Source: an uncultured Actinomycetota bacterium (GTDB lineage Bacteria > Actinomycetota > Actinomycetes > Propionibacteriales > Nocardioidaceae). From it: a stretch of 64,000 nucleotides of DNA. Every line of letters begins with the position of its first letter. The first letter of the stretch is position 1. Positions 22,518 to 34,272 of the stretch are shown here, piece by piece. The notes under the pieces are model-generated. The model saw nothing but the letters and a program-made list of their open reading frames with translations. It was not told the origin of the DNA and searched no databases. The stretch lies in the NCBI GenBank assembly GCA_963742195.1, contig CAVULA010000008.1, positions 127,604 through 191,603 of the forward strand, given 5' to 3'. The position numbers and the translations under genes are program-made.

Positions 22518-23724
22518 ATGAGCCACCCGATGGACGACGCCGACCCGCTCGCCCGGTTCCGCGACCGCTTCGTGGGGACCGGGTCCCCGCTGGTCTACCT
22601 CGACGGCAACTCGCTCGGCCGGCCCCTGGCGGCCACGGCCGAGCGCCTCCGGCGCTTCGTCGAGGAGGAGTGGGCGGAGCGGTTGATCCGCGGCTGGGAC
22701 GAGCGCTGGTTCGACCTGCCCCTCACCCTCGGCGACGACCTGGCGCGGGTGTGCCTCGGTGCCGCACCCGGCCAGGTGGCGGTGGGCGACTCCACGACGG
22801 TGCTGCTCTACAAGCTCATGCGGGCGGCGATCACGGCGCGGCCCGGGCGTACCGAGATCGTGATCGACCGCGACCACTTCCCGACCGACCGCTACCTGGC
22901 GATGGGGATCGCCGAGGAGTGCGGGCATGACGATCCGCTGGGTCGACGTCGACCCGACCGCGGGTCTCACGCCCGAGCAGGTCGCCGAGGTGGTGGGGGA
23001 GCAGACCGCGCTCGTCTCGGTGAACCACGTGGCCTACCGCTCGGCCTGGCTGGCGGACGTCGCGTCGATCACCCGCGTCGCCCACGACGTCGGGGCACTG
23101 GTGCTCCTCGACGTGTGCCACTCCGCCGGCGTCGGTCCCCACCGAGCTCGACGCATGGGACGTCGACCTCGCCGCCGGGTGCAGCTACAAGTACCTCAAC
23201 GGCGGGCCGGGCGCGCCGGCGTTCTGCTACGTCGCGGCGCGGCACCTCGACACCTTCACCCAGCCGATCCAGGGCTGGATGGGCAACACCGACCCGTTCC
23301 TGATGGGTCCGGACTACGTGCCCGTGGCAGGGCATCCGCAGGTTCCTGTCCGGCACCCCCGCGGTCGTCGGGATGCTCGGCGATCCAGGACATGGTCGAC
23401 CTGGTCGAGGAGGCCGGGCTCGACGCCGTCCGCGCGAAGTCCGAGCGGCTGACCGCTCACGCCGTCGAGCTCGCGGACGAGCACCTGGCGACGTACGGCG
23501 TGGAGGTGGCGTCGCCGCGCGACCCCGGGCTGCGCGGCGGCCACGTGACGCTGCACCACCCGCGCATGCAGGAGGTGGTCGCGACGCTCTGGACGCGCGA
23601 CGTCATCCCCGACTACCGCGACCCCGGCGGGCTGCGGGTCGGTCTCTCGCCGCTGTCCACGTCGTACGACGAGCTGGAGCGCGGCATCACGGCGGTCGGC
23701 GAGGTGCTCGCCGGCCTCGACTGA
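22518..23724 (+). CDS. kynU: Kynureninase, several frameshifts
   Basis: DPLARFRDRF, YLDGNSLG, FPTDRY, GCSYKYLNGGPGAP, RGGHV. Confidence 0.88.
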
Positions 23725-23738
23725 GGGGTCGGGCACGA

Positions 23739-23771
23739 CGAAGGGCCCCGGCCATCGGCCGGGGCCCTTCG
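23739..23771. terminator. Bidirectional hairpin terminator
   Basis: Perfect 15-bp stem CGAAGGGCCCCGGCC-atc-GGCCGGGGCCCTTCG between convergent genes. Confidence 0.8.
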
Positions 23772-23793
23772 CGTTCAGCTGTTCAGATGCCGA

Positions 23794-26700
23794 TCAGCGG
23801 CCCGATCCCGCCTTGGCAGCCGGGGGCTCGGGCACCGTGACCACCTCGGCACGGTGACCCGTGCCGTTGCGGTAGTGGAACACCAGCGCGTCGCCGCTGC
23901 CCGGTGACCGGGATCGACTGCCGCCGACTCCTCGAAGATCGGGTCGGCGTCGGCCACCAGGTCCGGAGCGCCGACGTTGAAGCTGGCCTCCGAGGTGCGG
24001 TCCTGGTCGTTCCCGGTGTAGCCGTTGGCCGTGCCGCCCCAGTAGTTGATCGGCGGCGTCCGGCCCGGTGAGGTCGTACCCGGCATCCGCGAGGAAGGCC
24101 AGGTCCACCGGCAGCATGACCACGTTCGTGTCGTACACGTTCGTGTCCAGGTCGAACTGGCCCAGGTTGACCGCCTCGAGGTCGAGGATGTCGCCGGACT
24201 TGTAGTCGACCGTGTAGACGAGCAGCACGTCCGTACGGCCCTGGGCCGACGCGTAGTTCTGGACGAACAGCTCGATGTCCGGGAAGTCGTCGCCGTCGGT
24301 GTCGACGTCGACGTACGGGGTCATCGTGTTGAGGTTCGCCCAGTCCTGGTGCGTCGAGATGCCGAAGTACAGGAACGGGTCACCGAACGCCGTACCTCGT
24401 CCTGCACCGACGTACTGGATGTCACCGGCCCGGTCGGACCGGTTCGTCCAGCAGCTGGACCGGATCGTCGCCGTGCACTGCGGCTGCTTCTGGCTGGTGG
24501 CTCCGAGCTCGAAGACCGACGCCAGCGACACGTACGCGTCGGCGGCCGAGGAGCCCTGCTCGATGCCCTGACCGGACAGGTCGATCTCGCCGGCCTGCGC
24601 CGTGGCCGACGATCGTCGACACCGGCTTCGCCGCGCCGTACACCGGCACCCGCAGCGCCTTCTTGTTCGCCGGCGTGACCGTGAGGTGACCCGAGCTGTC
24701 GGACACGTAGGTGCGGGGCAGATCGCCGTAGCCGGTCGACTGGGTCGCCGTCATCGTCGGGTCGAGCGTGTGCGCGCAGCGCGGTCGGCACCACCGTCAT
24801 GGTGACGGTGACCTTCCCGGCCTTGTGAGCCGGCACCGAGATCGACTTCGGCGACACGGAGTACGTCACACCGGGCGACGGGTTGACCGCGTCGTAGCCG
24901 ACCTTGTACTTCACCCTGCTCGTTGCTGAGGTTCCGTACGACCAGCGTCTTGTGCTTGACCACGTTGCCGCCGTCGATGACCGCGGGGACGACCCCGAAG
25001 CTCGCCGACACCGGGCTGGTTGGCGCCCTTGGTGTAGGCGATCGACTTCGTCTGCACCGCGGCCTTCGCGTCGACCCGGCCGGAGCCGACTCGTGCGGGG
25101 GCGTAGCGGTGGCCGTGGTGGCCGGGCTCGGTCCACACGTCGTGGGTCGCGGTGTTCATGACCGCGGCCTTGAGGTAGAGCGGGCTCCAGCCGGGGTGCT
25201 TCGACTTGACCAGCGCCGCGACGCCCGCGACCAGCGGGGACGCCATCGACGTACCGGAGATCACCAGCACGTTGTTGCCGCGTGCCCATGCCGGCCGAGG
25301 CGATGGTGTCGCCCGGAGCCGTCACGTCCGGCTTCACCACGCCGATCGACCCGTGCGGGCCGCGCGAGGAGAACGACGACAGGGTGTCGCTGATCGCCGG
25401 AGTGATGTCCTTGATGGTCGACTGGAGTGAGCCGTCGAAGGTGACGTTCAGCGTGCCGGCGTCGACGGCCGGGGTGAGCCGGTCGGTCTGGGCCTTCGGC
25501 AGCTGGATGACCGGGATCGTGTCGCTCCCGGTGATGCCGGCGCCGAACACGTCGAGGTCCGAGGTGAAGATCGCACCGATCGCACCGGCGGCGGCGACGT
25601 TGCCCGACCGCGCGACGGAGCCGCACTGGCGGGTCGCGTCGTTGTCGTCCCAGTAGAGCCAGGCGACCTTGCCGGCGACGGCGTCCGCCTCGGTCGGCGA
25701 GAGCGCGTCACAGCCGTCGCTGTTGTTGTCCCCGGACCGAAGGCGCCCGGGATCTTCACGACGTCGCCGGTGACGGGGGGCTCGTTGGCCCAGTCGTAGG
25801 CGATCGAGAACTGCCCGGCGGCGATGCCCGCGACCTCGGCCGGGCGTGTTGACCCGGAGCCCGTCGCGCATCTGGAACGAGTCGACCGAGCTGGCGACCG
25901 CCAGGGAGGCCGGGGCGTTGCCCGGGGCGCCTCCGATGTCGGTGTTGTCGCCACCGTTGCCCATCGAGATGACGGGAAGCACGCCGTGCTGGGCGAGCTG
26001 GCCGACCACCGCGTTCTCCGGGTCGTCGACCACACCGTCGTCAGAGCCCACCGACAGGTTGATCATGTCGAAGTGGTCCTTGGTGTTGCCGTCCTGGTTC
26101 GGGTCCATGGCGCGGTCCAGCGCCTCCATCACCAGGTCGGTCGATCCGTCGCAGCCGAAGACGCGCAGCGAGTAGATCCGGGCCTGCGGAGCCATGCCGG
26201 GGCCGATCTTCATGTTCATCAGCTTGTCGGCGTCGAGCTTGGAGTACTTCCCGGTGAACGTCGTGCCGTTCTTCGTTCACGCCGTACCCGGCCGCGGTGC
26301 CGGCGACGTGCGTGCCGTGCTCGTTGCAGTCCAGGGGGTTGGGGTCGGGGTGCGGGATCGGCTGGTAGGTGTCCGCGCCCGGGTCGGCGTCGTAGTCGTC
26401 ACCGGCGAGGTCGTAGCCGCCGATGATCTTGTCCTTGCCGAGCTGCGGGCAGGGACGCGCGCCAGCCGCCGGCGGTGTCGTGTCGGCCAGAGCGCTGTCG
26501 TACGCCGCGACCGTGCCCTTGCCGCCGAAGTCGGCGTGGGTGTAGTCCAGGCCGGTGTCGATGACGGCGATCTTGACGCCCTTGCCGGTCGAGCCGGGGG
26601 ACTTCCAGGTCTGCAGCGCGCGCACCAGGTTGGCGGTGTTGGCGTTGGTCGCGGTCTTCGGCACGATCCGCGACACCTTCACGACGTCGGAGCGCGAGGC

Positions 26701-27125
26701 CAGGGCCTTCACGCCGGCCGCGTCGGTGTGGACGGCGAAGCCCGGGGATCAGGTTGGTGGTGGTGTAGAGCTTGACGGCCTTGCTGTCGGCGGCACGGGC
26801 CGCGACGAAGGCACGGTCGGCGCTGACGGTGATGCTCGAGCGCTGGCTGAGCACCTTGCTCGGCACCGTCTTGCCCGCGACCTTGCCGGCGTCGACGGCG
26901 CCTTGACCCTGCAGCTGCACGAAGTACGACGCGCGGTCGGGGGTCGCTGCGGTCGATGCCCGCGGTCTTGCCCTGCCAGGAGCTGGGCTTCAGCGCCTGG
27001 TGGATCGGGACCTTCGTCGTCTGGGGCGACGACGGGTTGGCCTGGGCTGCCGCGCCCCAGGCCGTCGTGACAGCTGTTGCGGCAGCAACCGCCGCATACC
27101 CAGCTCTGCGTGTTCTCGCGGTCAC
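23794..27125 (-). CDS. Secreted S8 subtilase (Vpr/C5a-peptidase-like) with PA and Fn3-like domains, many frameshifts
   Basis: Signal peptide; catalytic IAVIDTG, HGTHVAG and SGTSMASP; [14 protein letters not shown]; ends approximate. Confidence 0.88.
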
Positions 27126-27310
27126 GCAAACCACCTTTCGCGGATGTGACGACGACGGGTCGGATGTGACCGCTCGTGCGAGTGAGGCCGGGTGGTGACC
27201 GACCTCACAGAGCGCGACCCTAAGCGCAAACGACGCGAAGGAGAAGGGCATCGTCCGGTTCGGCGGGATCCCGCCACCGAAATTCACCCCGAGGGGTGCA
27301 GGCTGGGGTC

Positions 27311-27975
27311 ATGACGTCCACCGACACCCTGTCCTTCGCCGAGGTCGAGGCCGCCGGCCTCGACGACTGGCGGCAGCTCTTCTCGGCGCTCCACACCCGC
27401 TTCCTGACCGGCGACTTCGCCACCGGGCTGGCCCTGGTGAACGCGATCGGGGCGCTCGCCGAGGAGGCGAACCACCATCCCGACCTCGACCTGCGCTACC
27501 CCCACCTCAACGTCACGCTGACGAGCCACGACGTCTCCGGGGTCACCTCCCGCGACGTGGACCTGGCCCGGGCGATCAGCGCCGCGGCCGCCGACCTCGG
27601 CGTCGCAGGCCGACCCGCAGGTGACCGGCGTCGTCGAGATCGCGCTCGACACCTGGGACTTCGGTGAGATCAAGCCGTTCTGGCGAGCGGTGCTCGACCT
27701 GGCGGACAGCCCGTCGTTCGAGCAGGAGCTGCTCGACCCGGCCGGGCCGCGGCCGACGCTGTGGTTCCAGGAGACGAGCCGCGCACGACGAGCCGCGGCA
27801 GCGCTTCCACCTCGACATCCGGGTGCCCCCCGAGGTCGCCGAGGCGCGGATCGCGGCCGCCCTCGAGGCCGGCGGGGTGCTGGTCGAGCGACGAGCACGG
27901 CGCCCGGCGTTCACGGTGCTCGCGGACGCGCAGGGCAACAAGGTGTGCGTGACCACGGGCCGGGGCCGCGACTGA
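27311..27975 (+). CDS. Pterin-4a-carbinolamine dehydratase / VOC (glyoxalase-like) fusion, frameshifted
   Basis: ANHHPDLDL, LTSHD; then FWRAVL, WFQ, RFHLD, LADAQGN. Confidence 0.82.
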
Positions 27976-28076
27976 GCGCGCGTCAGGTCCGCGAATGCGG
28001 GACGGGCGTACCAGATGCTGGGACGGCGTGACAGACTGGCTTGACGGCGTCGGGACGCGACGGGGACCGTAGGCGC

Positions 28077-28118
28077 ATGCGCACGCACCTTCTTGTACGC
28101 ACCCGACGCGCGGGCTGA
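28077..28118 (+). CDS. ilvB leader peptide MRTHLLVRTRRAG
   Basis: Short ORF with CTT-CTT-GTA (Leu-Leu-Val) codons, preceded by TTGACG-N18-GACCGT and followed by an intrinsic terminator. Confidence 0.8.
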   Translation: MRTHLLVRTRRAG

Positions 28119-28140
28119 GCTCCGGCTCCTCCCTCGCGTC

Positions 28141-28177
28141 ACCCCTCGCCGTCCATCGGCCGAGGGGTTTTTCTTTC
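28141..28177 (+). terminator. ilvB attenuator terminator
   Basis: ACCCCTCG...CGAGGGGT stem followed by a T-run. Confidence 0.85.
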
Positions 28178-28220
28178 CCATCCAGCATGCAGGCCACGAC
28201 CACGAGGAACGGACACGGTG

Positions 28221-29976
28221 ATGAGTGAGCAGGCGGGCGCGTCGATGACCGGCGCGCAGAGCTTGATCAGGTCGCTGGAGGCCGCCGGGACCGAGAGCAT
28301 CTTCGGCATCCCGGGCGGCGCCATCCTGCCGGCGTACGACCCGCTGATGGACTCCTCGATCCGCCACATCCTGGTACGCCACGAGCAGGGCGCCGGTCAC
28401 GCCGCCCAGGGGTACGCCGCGGCGACCGGCCGGGTGGGCGTGTGCATGGCGACCTCGGGCCCGGGCGCCACCAACCTGGTGACCCCGATCGCCGACGCCT
28501 ACATGGACTCGGTGCCGATCGTGGCCGTGACCGGTCAGGTCGGGGCCGCCTCGATCGGCACCGACGCCTTCCAGGAGGCGGACATCCGCGGCATCACGAT
28601 GCCGATCACCAAGCACAACTTCCTGGTGACCGACCCGCTCGACATCCCGCGGACGATCGCCGAGGCCTTCCACATCGCCTCGACCGGACGGCCCGGTCCG
28701 GTGCTCGTCGACGTCGCGAAGTCCGCCCTGCAGGCGACCACGACGTACCTCTGGCCCCGCGAGATCCACCTGCCCGGCTACCGGCCGGTGACCCGCCCGC
28801 ACGCCAAGCAGATCAAGGAGGCCGTCCGGCTCATCCTCGACGCGAAGCGGCCGGTGCTCTACGTCGGCGGAGGCACGATCCGCGCCGGCCGCGTCGCGCG
28901 AGCTGCTCGAGCTGGCGGCCCTGACCGGCATCCCGGTCGTCACCACGCTGATGGCGCGCGGCGCGTTCCCCGACAGCCATCCCCAGCACCTCGGCATGCC
29001 GGGCATGCACGGCACGGTGGCGGCGGTGGCGGGCCTCCAGCGCAGCGACCTGATCATCTCCCTCGGCGCCCGCTTCGACGACCGGGTGACCGGCAACCTC
29101 GACTCGTTCGCGCCCGGTGCCCTGGTGATCCATGCCGACATCGACCCGGCCGAGATCGGCAAGAACCGCGAGGCCGACGTGCCGATCGTGGGTGACTGCC
29201 GCGAGGTGATCGCCGACCTGACCACGTTGCTGCGGACGGAGTCGGCCGCCGGCCGGACCGGCGACTACGAGTCGTGGGTCGACTACCTGGCCGGCCTCAA
29301 GCAGCGGTACCCCGTCGCCTACGACGCCCCTGCCGACGGCAGCCTGGCACCGCAGTACGTCATCGAGCGGCTCAGCGCGATCGCCGGCCCGGAGACGATC
29401 TACTGTGCCGGCGTCGGCCAGCACCAGATGTGGGCGGCGCACTACGTCGACTTCGAGAACCCGGGCACCTGGATCAACTCGGGCGGCCTCGGCACCATGG
29501 GGTACGCCGTGCCGGCCGCGATGGGCGCCAAGGTCGGCCGCCCCGAGACGACGGTGTGGGCGATCGACGGCGACGGCTGCTTCCAGATGACCAACCAGGA
29601 GCTCGCCACCTGCGCGATCAACGACATCCCGATCAAGGTCGCGATCATCAACAACGAGTCGCTCGGCATGGTGCGGCAGTGGCAGACGCTGTTCTACAAC
29701 GAGCGCTACTCCAACACCGACCTCGACAGCAAGCGGATCCCGGACTTCGTGAAGCTGGCCGAGGCCTACGGCTGCGTCGGCCTCGCCTGCGACTCGCCCG
29801 GCGACGTCGACGCCACCATCGAGAAGGCGATGAGCGTCGACGACCGGCCCGTGGTCGTCGACTTCCGGGTGCACCGCGACGCGATGGTGTGGCCGATGGT
29901 CGCGGCCGGGACGAGCAACGACGACATCCAGTACGCGCGCGACCTGGCGCCCCAGTTCGACGAGGACGATCTCTAG
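28221..29976 (+). CDS. ilvB: Acetolactate synthase large subunit, frameshift near 28890
   Basis: [35 protein letters not shown] ThDP motif. Confidence 0.97.
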
Positions 29977-30512
29977 ATGACCACGCACACGCTCTCGGTC
30001 CTCGTCGAGAACAAGCCCGGCGTGCTGGCCCGCATCGCCGGGCTCTTCAGCCGGCGCGGCTTCAACATCGAGTCGCTCGCGGTCGGCCCGACCGAGCACG
30101 ACGAGATGTCGCGGATGACGATCGTGGTCAACGTCGAGGAGTCACCGCTGGAGCAGGTCACCAAGCAGCTCAACAAGCTGGTCGAGGTGATCAAGATCGT
30201 GGAGCTCGAGGGACCCGGCTCGGTCAACCGCGAGCTCATGCTGGTCAAGGTCCGGGCCGACGCCGGCCACCCGCGGCCAGGTGCTCGACGCCGTCCAGCT
30301 GTTCCGCGCCAAGGTGGTCGACGTGGCCCCCGACGCGGTGACCATCGAGGTCACCGGCAACGCCGACAAGCTGGGGGACTTCCGGCGGGTCCTCGAGCCC
30401 TTCGGGATCCGCGAGCTCGTGCAGTCGGGCATGGTCGCCATCGGCCGTGGGCCGCGCTCGATCAGCGAGCGCACCACCCGTCCCGTCTCCGGTCCCCGTC
30501 GCCGCCGGCTGA
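29977..30512 (+). CDS. ilvN: Acetolactate synthase small subunit, frameshifted
   Basis: [31 protein letters not shown]; second ACT-like domain in the shifted frame. Confidence 0.95.
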
Positions 30513-30558
30513 CGCCGTCCACACCTCACCAGTCACCCACCACGAAGGAGCGCCCACC

Positions 30559-31588
<1,030 letters not shown>

Positions 31589-31591
31589 GGG

Positions 31592-31715
31592 TCATCCGAT
31601 CCCCAGCTGGCGCGCCAGCAGGACGCCGAGGAGGCAGACCACCAGGACCACCACCACCCCGATGGTCCAGGTCACGAACTCCTGGGTACGCCTGCCGGCG
31701 TGCAGCGGGAGCCAC
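31592..31715 (-). CDS. Putative ~40-aa single-TM peptide (candidate immunity protein)
   Basis: GTG directly after the upstream TAG; hydrophobic [18 protein letters not shown]; needs one indel repair, otherwise it is a C-terminal anchor of the upstream protein. Confidence 0.4.
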
Positions 31716-32469
31716 CTAGCCACGCGGGGGTTGCTCCTCGGTCGCAAAGGGTTCAGGTGCTCCAGCAGGCCACTGACGGTCCTGATGCCCGCGGCGCCGA
31801 CCCCGGTCATGCAGCCCGCGAGCGCACCGAGGGCCACGCCGGGCGGTCCCTCGAAGGCCGAGGCCGCCCGTGCGGCGGTGAGCACGCCACCCTCGAAGAG
31901 GATGCGCGCCGACAGGTTCTTGGTCAGCACCACACCGCCACCCGCCAATGATCCCGCACCGCAGGGGTCCACGAAGAGGCGGATGAGGGTCTGCTGGCGC
32001 TGGTCGACGTAGCCCGCGAACCAGTTCCACGGAGCGGCGCACGCGGTGGTGCCCTGCAGGCACAGGTCGCTGCGACCGAGCGGGTGCCTGCGCCGGCCCC
32101 GTCGCGACCCTCGCGCCGCAGCGGGCGGCCGGGCTGGTGGGGTGACCACAGCCTGCCGGTGACCACCCGGCCCCAGCAGTGGCTGGCCGTGCAGTGCTGA
32201 GCGGAGATCCGCAGGCCGTAGAACGTCTTGCGGCGCCAGTGGTGGTGGATCCGGACGCGGCGCTCGTAGGAGAACCAGCCCACGATCCAGGTCTCCATGT
32301 GGGTGTGGTGGTTGGTCAGGTGCTGACCCAGGATGCGGTGCCGCGCCGCGGGCACCCGGTCGTAGGGCCGCCCGGCCTGGGCCGGACCCGCCGTCGACCA
32401 GAACATCGACAACGCCATCACCACCGCGACGAGGGCCATCAGCCCTCGTGGCCTCCGAGTCGTGGTCAT
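31716..32469 (-). CDS. Secreted hypothetical protein with a Cys/Gly-zipper bacteriocin-like C-terminus, frameshift near 32100
   Basis: SD GAGGAAG; Sec signal (PAQA); His/Arg-rich middle; C-terminal [37 protein letters not shown]. Confidence 0.6.
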
Positions 32470-32511
32470 GCCGGCTTCCTCTCCGAGTAGGTGCAGGTAT
32501 GCCGCCAGCGT

Positions 32512-32540
32512 GTCATACTGAGATGACCATGTATAGATGG
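32512..32540. promoter_or_regulatory. Tandem palindromic operator, copy 1
   Basis: GTCAT-ACTGAG-ATGACCAT-GTATAG-ATGG upstream of the secreted gene. Confidence 0.6.
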
Positions 32541-32597
32541 GCGACCGCGGCTTGTGGAGAGGCCATCGGGCCGGCGGTCACGGGCTCGACAGCGAGG

Positions 32598-32916
32598 TCA
32601 ACAGGCAGCGATGGCGCCGGCGAGGCGTCGGGCCGAGTCCGCGCTGACCAGGAGGTGGAGCGAGCGACCCTCCTCGCTCGAGGCCTCGAGCCACACCTCG
32701 TCGGACCCGTCCCGGCGGGCGAGCCGGAGAACCACGGTGTCGGCGCGTACGTCGTCGTCGGCCCCGAACCGCGGGTCACCGTGGATCACCGCGACGAAGG
32801 CCGGAGCGCTGTGGTGGAGCAGGTCGTCGGGATGGTCCCCGGGGTGATGGTCGCGTCGGCACCAGGGTGGGCAGGCTCGGGGTCCGCTCGTCGCGATGGT
32901 GCGGGGTACGCCTCAC
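32598..32916 (-). CDS. Hypothetical protein (~105 aa), one frameshift
   Basis: SD AAGGAG before GTG; ...FVAVIHGDPRFGADDDVRADTVVLRLARRDGSDEVWLE... Confidence 0.5.
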
Positions 32917-33010
32917 GCCGTCTCCTTCCGGGTCGACCCCGCTCCGCACGCTAGGCACGGCGTCCGACAGCGCCGCGCTCGTTCGCACGCTTGTCCACAG
33001 CCGGCCGGTC

Positions 33011-33043
33011 GTCATCTGCGAATTACCATACGGAGATGGTCAT
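33011..33043. promoter_or_regulatory. Tandem palindromic operator, copy 2
   Basis: GTCAT-CTGCGA-ATTACCAT-ACGGAG-ATGGTCAT in the divergent gap before the XRE gene. Confidence 0.6.
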
Positions 33044-33060
33044 CGCGACGCTCCGGCGAC

Positions 33061-33355
33061 GTGACAATCGACGACGTGGCCCCACGAGGAGAACCGACCT
33101 GGGAGGAGTTCGCTCGAGAGATCGGGCTCCGCCTGCAGCGTGCGCGTGAGCGCCGAGGACTCAGCCAGGAGCGGACCGCGCACCTGGCGGGCATCGCGGC
33201 GTACACCTATCAGAAGTTCGAGAAGGGGGAGTCGCGACCGGGGTCTCCGCTGAACCCACGCCTCGTCCACGCTGGTGGCGCTCTGCCAGGTTCTCGGGCT
33301 GCGGCTCGAGGAGCTCGTGCCGGACCCGGCGCCCGGCGTCCGGGTCGATCCGTGA
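33061..33355 (+). CDS. XRE-family HTH transcriptional regulator, frameshift near 33265
   Basis: IGLRLQRARERRGLSQERTAHLAGIAAYTYQKFEKGE..NPRL.TLVALCQVLG. Confidence 0.85.
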
Positions 33356-33365
33356 CCCTGCGCCC

Positions 33366-34176
33366 ATGAGCTACACCCACGGTCATGCGGAGAGCGTGCT
33401 GCGCTCGCACCGGGCCCGGACGGCCGAGAACAGCGCGGCGTACCTCCTTCCGCGGCTGCGGCCGACCGACCGTCTGCTCGACGTCGGCTCCGGCCCGGGC
33501 ACGATCACCGCCGACCTCGCCCGACTGGTCTCCGAGGTCGTCGCTGTCGAGATGACCGAGGAGGCCGCTGCTCTCACCCGGGCCGAGCTCGAGCGCCAGG
33601 GGGTCGGGAACGCCGACGGTGCGGGTCGCGGACGTGCAGGCCCTCGACCTGGCCGACGACTCGTTCGACGTGGTCCACGCCCACCAGGTCCTGCAGCACG
33701 TCGCCGACCCGGTCGGCGCGCTGCGCGAGATGGCGCAGGGTCACGCGGCGCCGGGGGAGTGGTCGCGGTCCGCGACAGCGACTACGCCGCGTTCGCCTGG
33801 TACCCCCGGCTCACCCGGGCTCGACCGATGGCTCGCGCTCTACCAGGCGGCGGCGCGCGCCAACGGCGGCGAGCCCGACGCCGGCCGGCACCTCCTGGCG
33901 TGGGCGCACGCCGCGGGCCTCGACCGAGGTGACGGCGACCTCCAGCACGTGGTGCTTCGCCACGCCCGAGGCCCGGGCGTGGTGGGGCGGGATGTGGGCG
34001 GAGCGGATCACCGGGACGACGCTCGCGGACCAGCTCCTGCGCGAGGGTCGCGCCACGGCGCGTGAGCTCGGCGAGGTGGCGGCGGCCTGGCGCGAGTGGG
34101 CCGCCGACCCCGACGGCTGGATCTCCGTGCCCGCACGGCGAGCTCCTGGCCACGGTCGGCGACCGCGCGCGGTTGA
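33366..34176 (+). CDS. Class I SAM-dependent methyltransferase (UbiE-like), frameshifted
   Basis: YTHGH.ESVLRSH, LLDVGSGPG, FDVVHAHQVLQH. Confidence 0.85.
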
Positions 34177-34230
34177 CGGGGCCGTGACCGGGGCGCAGGG
34201 GAGGCGGCGAGGCATGGCACGGAAGCCAGG

Positions 34231-34249
34231 GTAGGTTAGGCAAACCTAA
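34231..34249. promoter_or_regulatory. IdeR/DtxR iron box
   Basis: GTAGGTTAGGCAAACCTAA versus consensus TTAGGTTAGGCTAACCTAA; -10 TACAGT at 34261 just before efeU. Confidence 0.9.
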
Positions 34250-34272
34250 CCTCGACCGGATACAGTCTCGCC

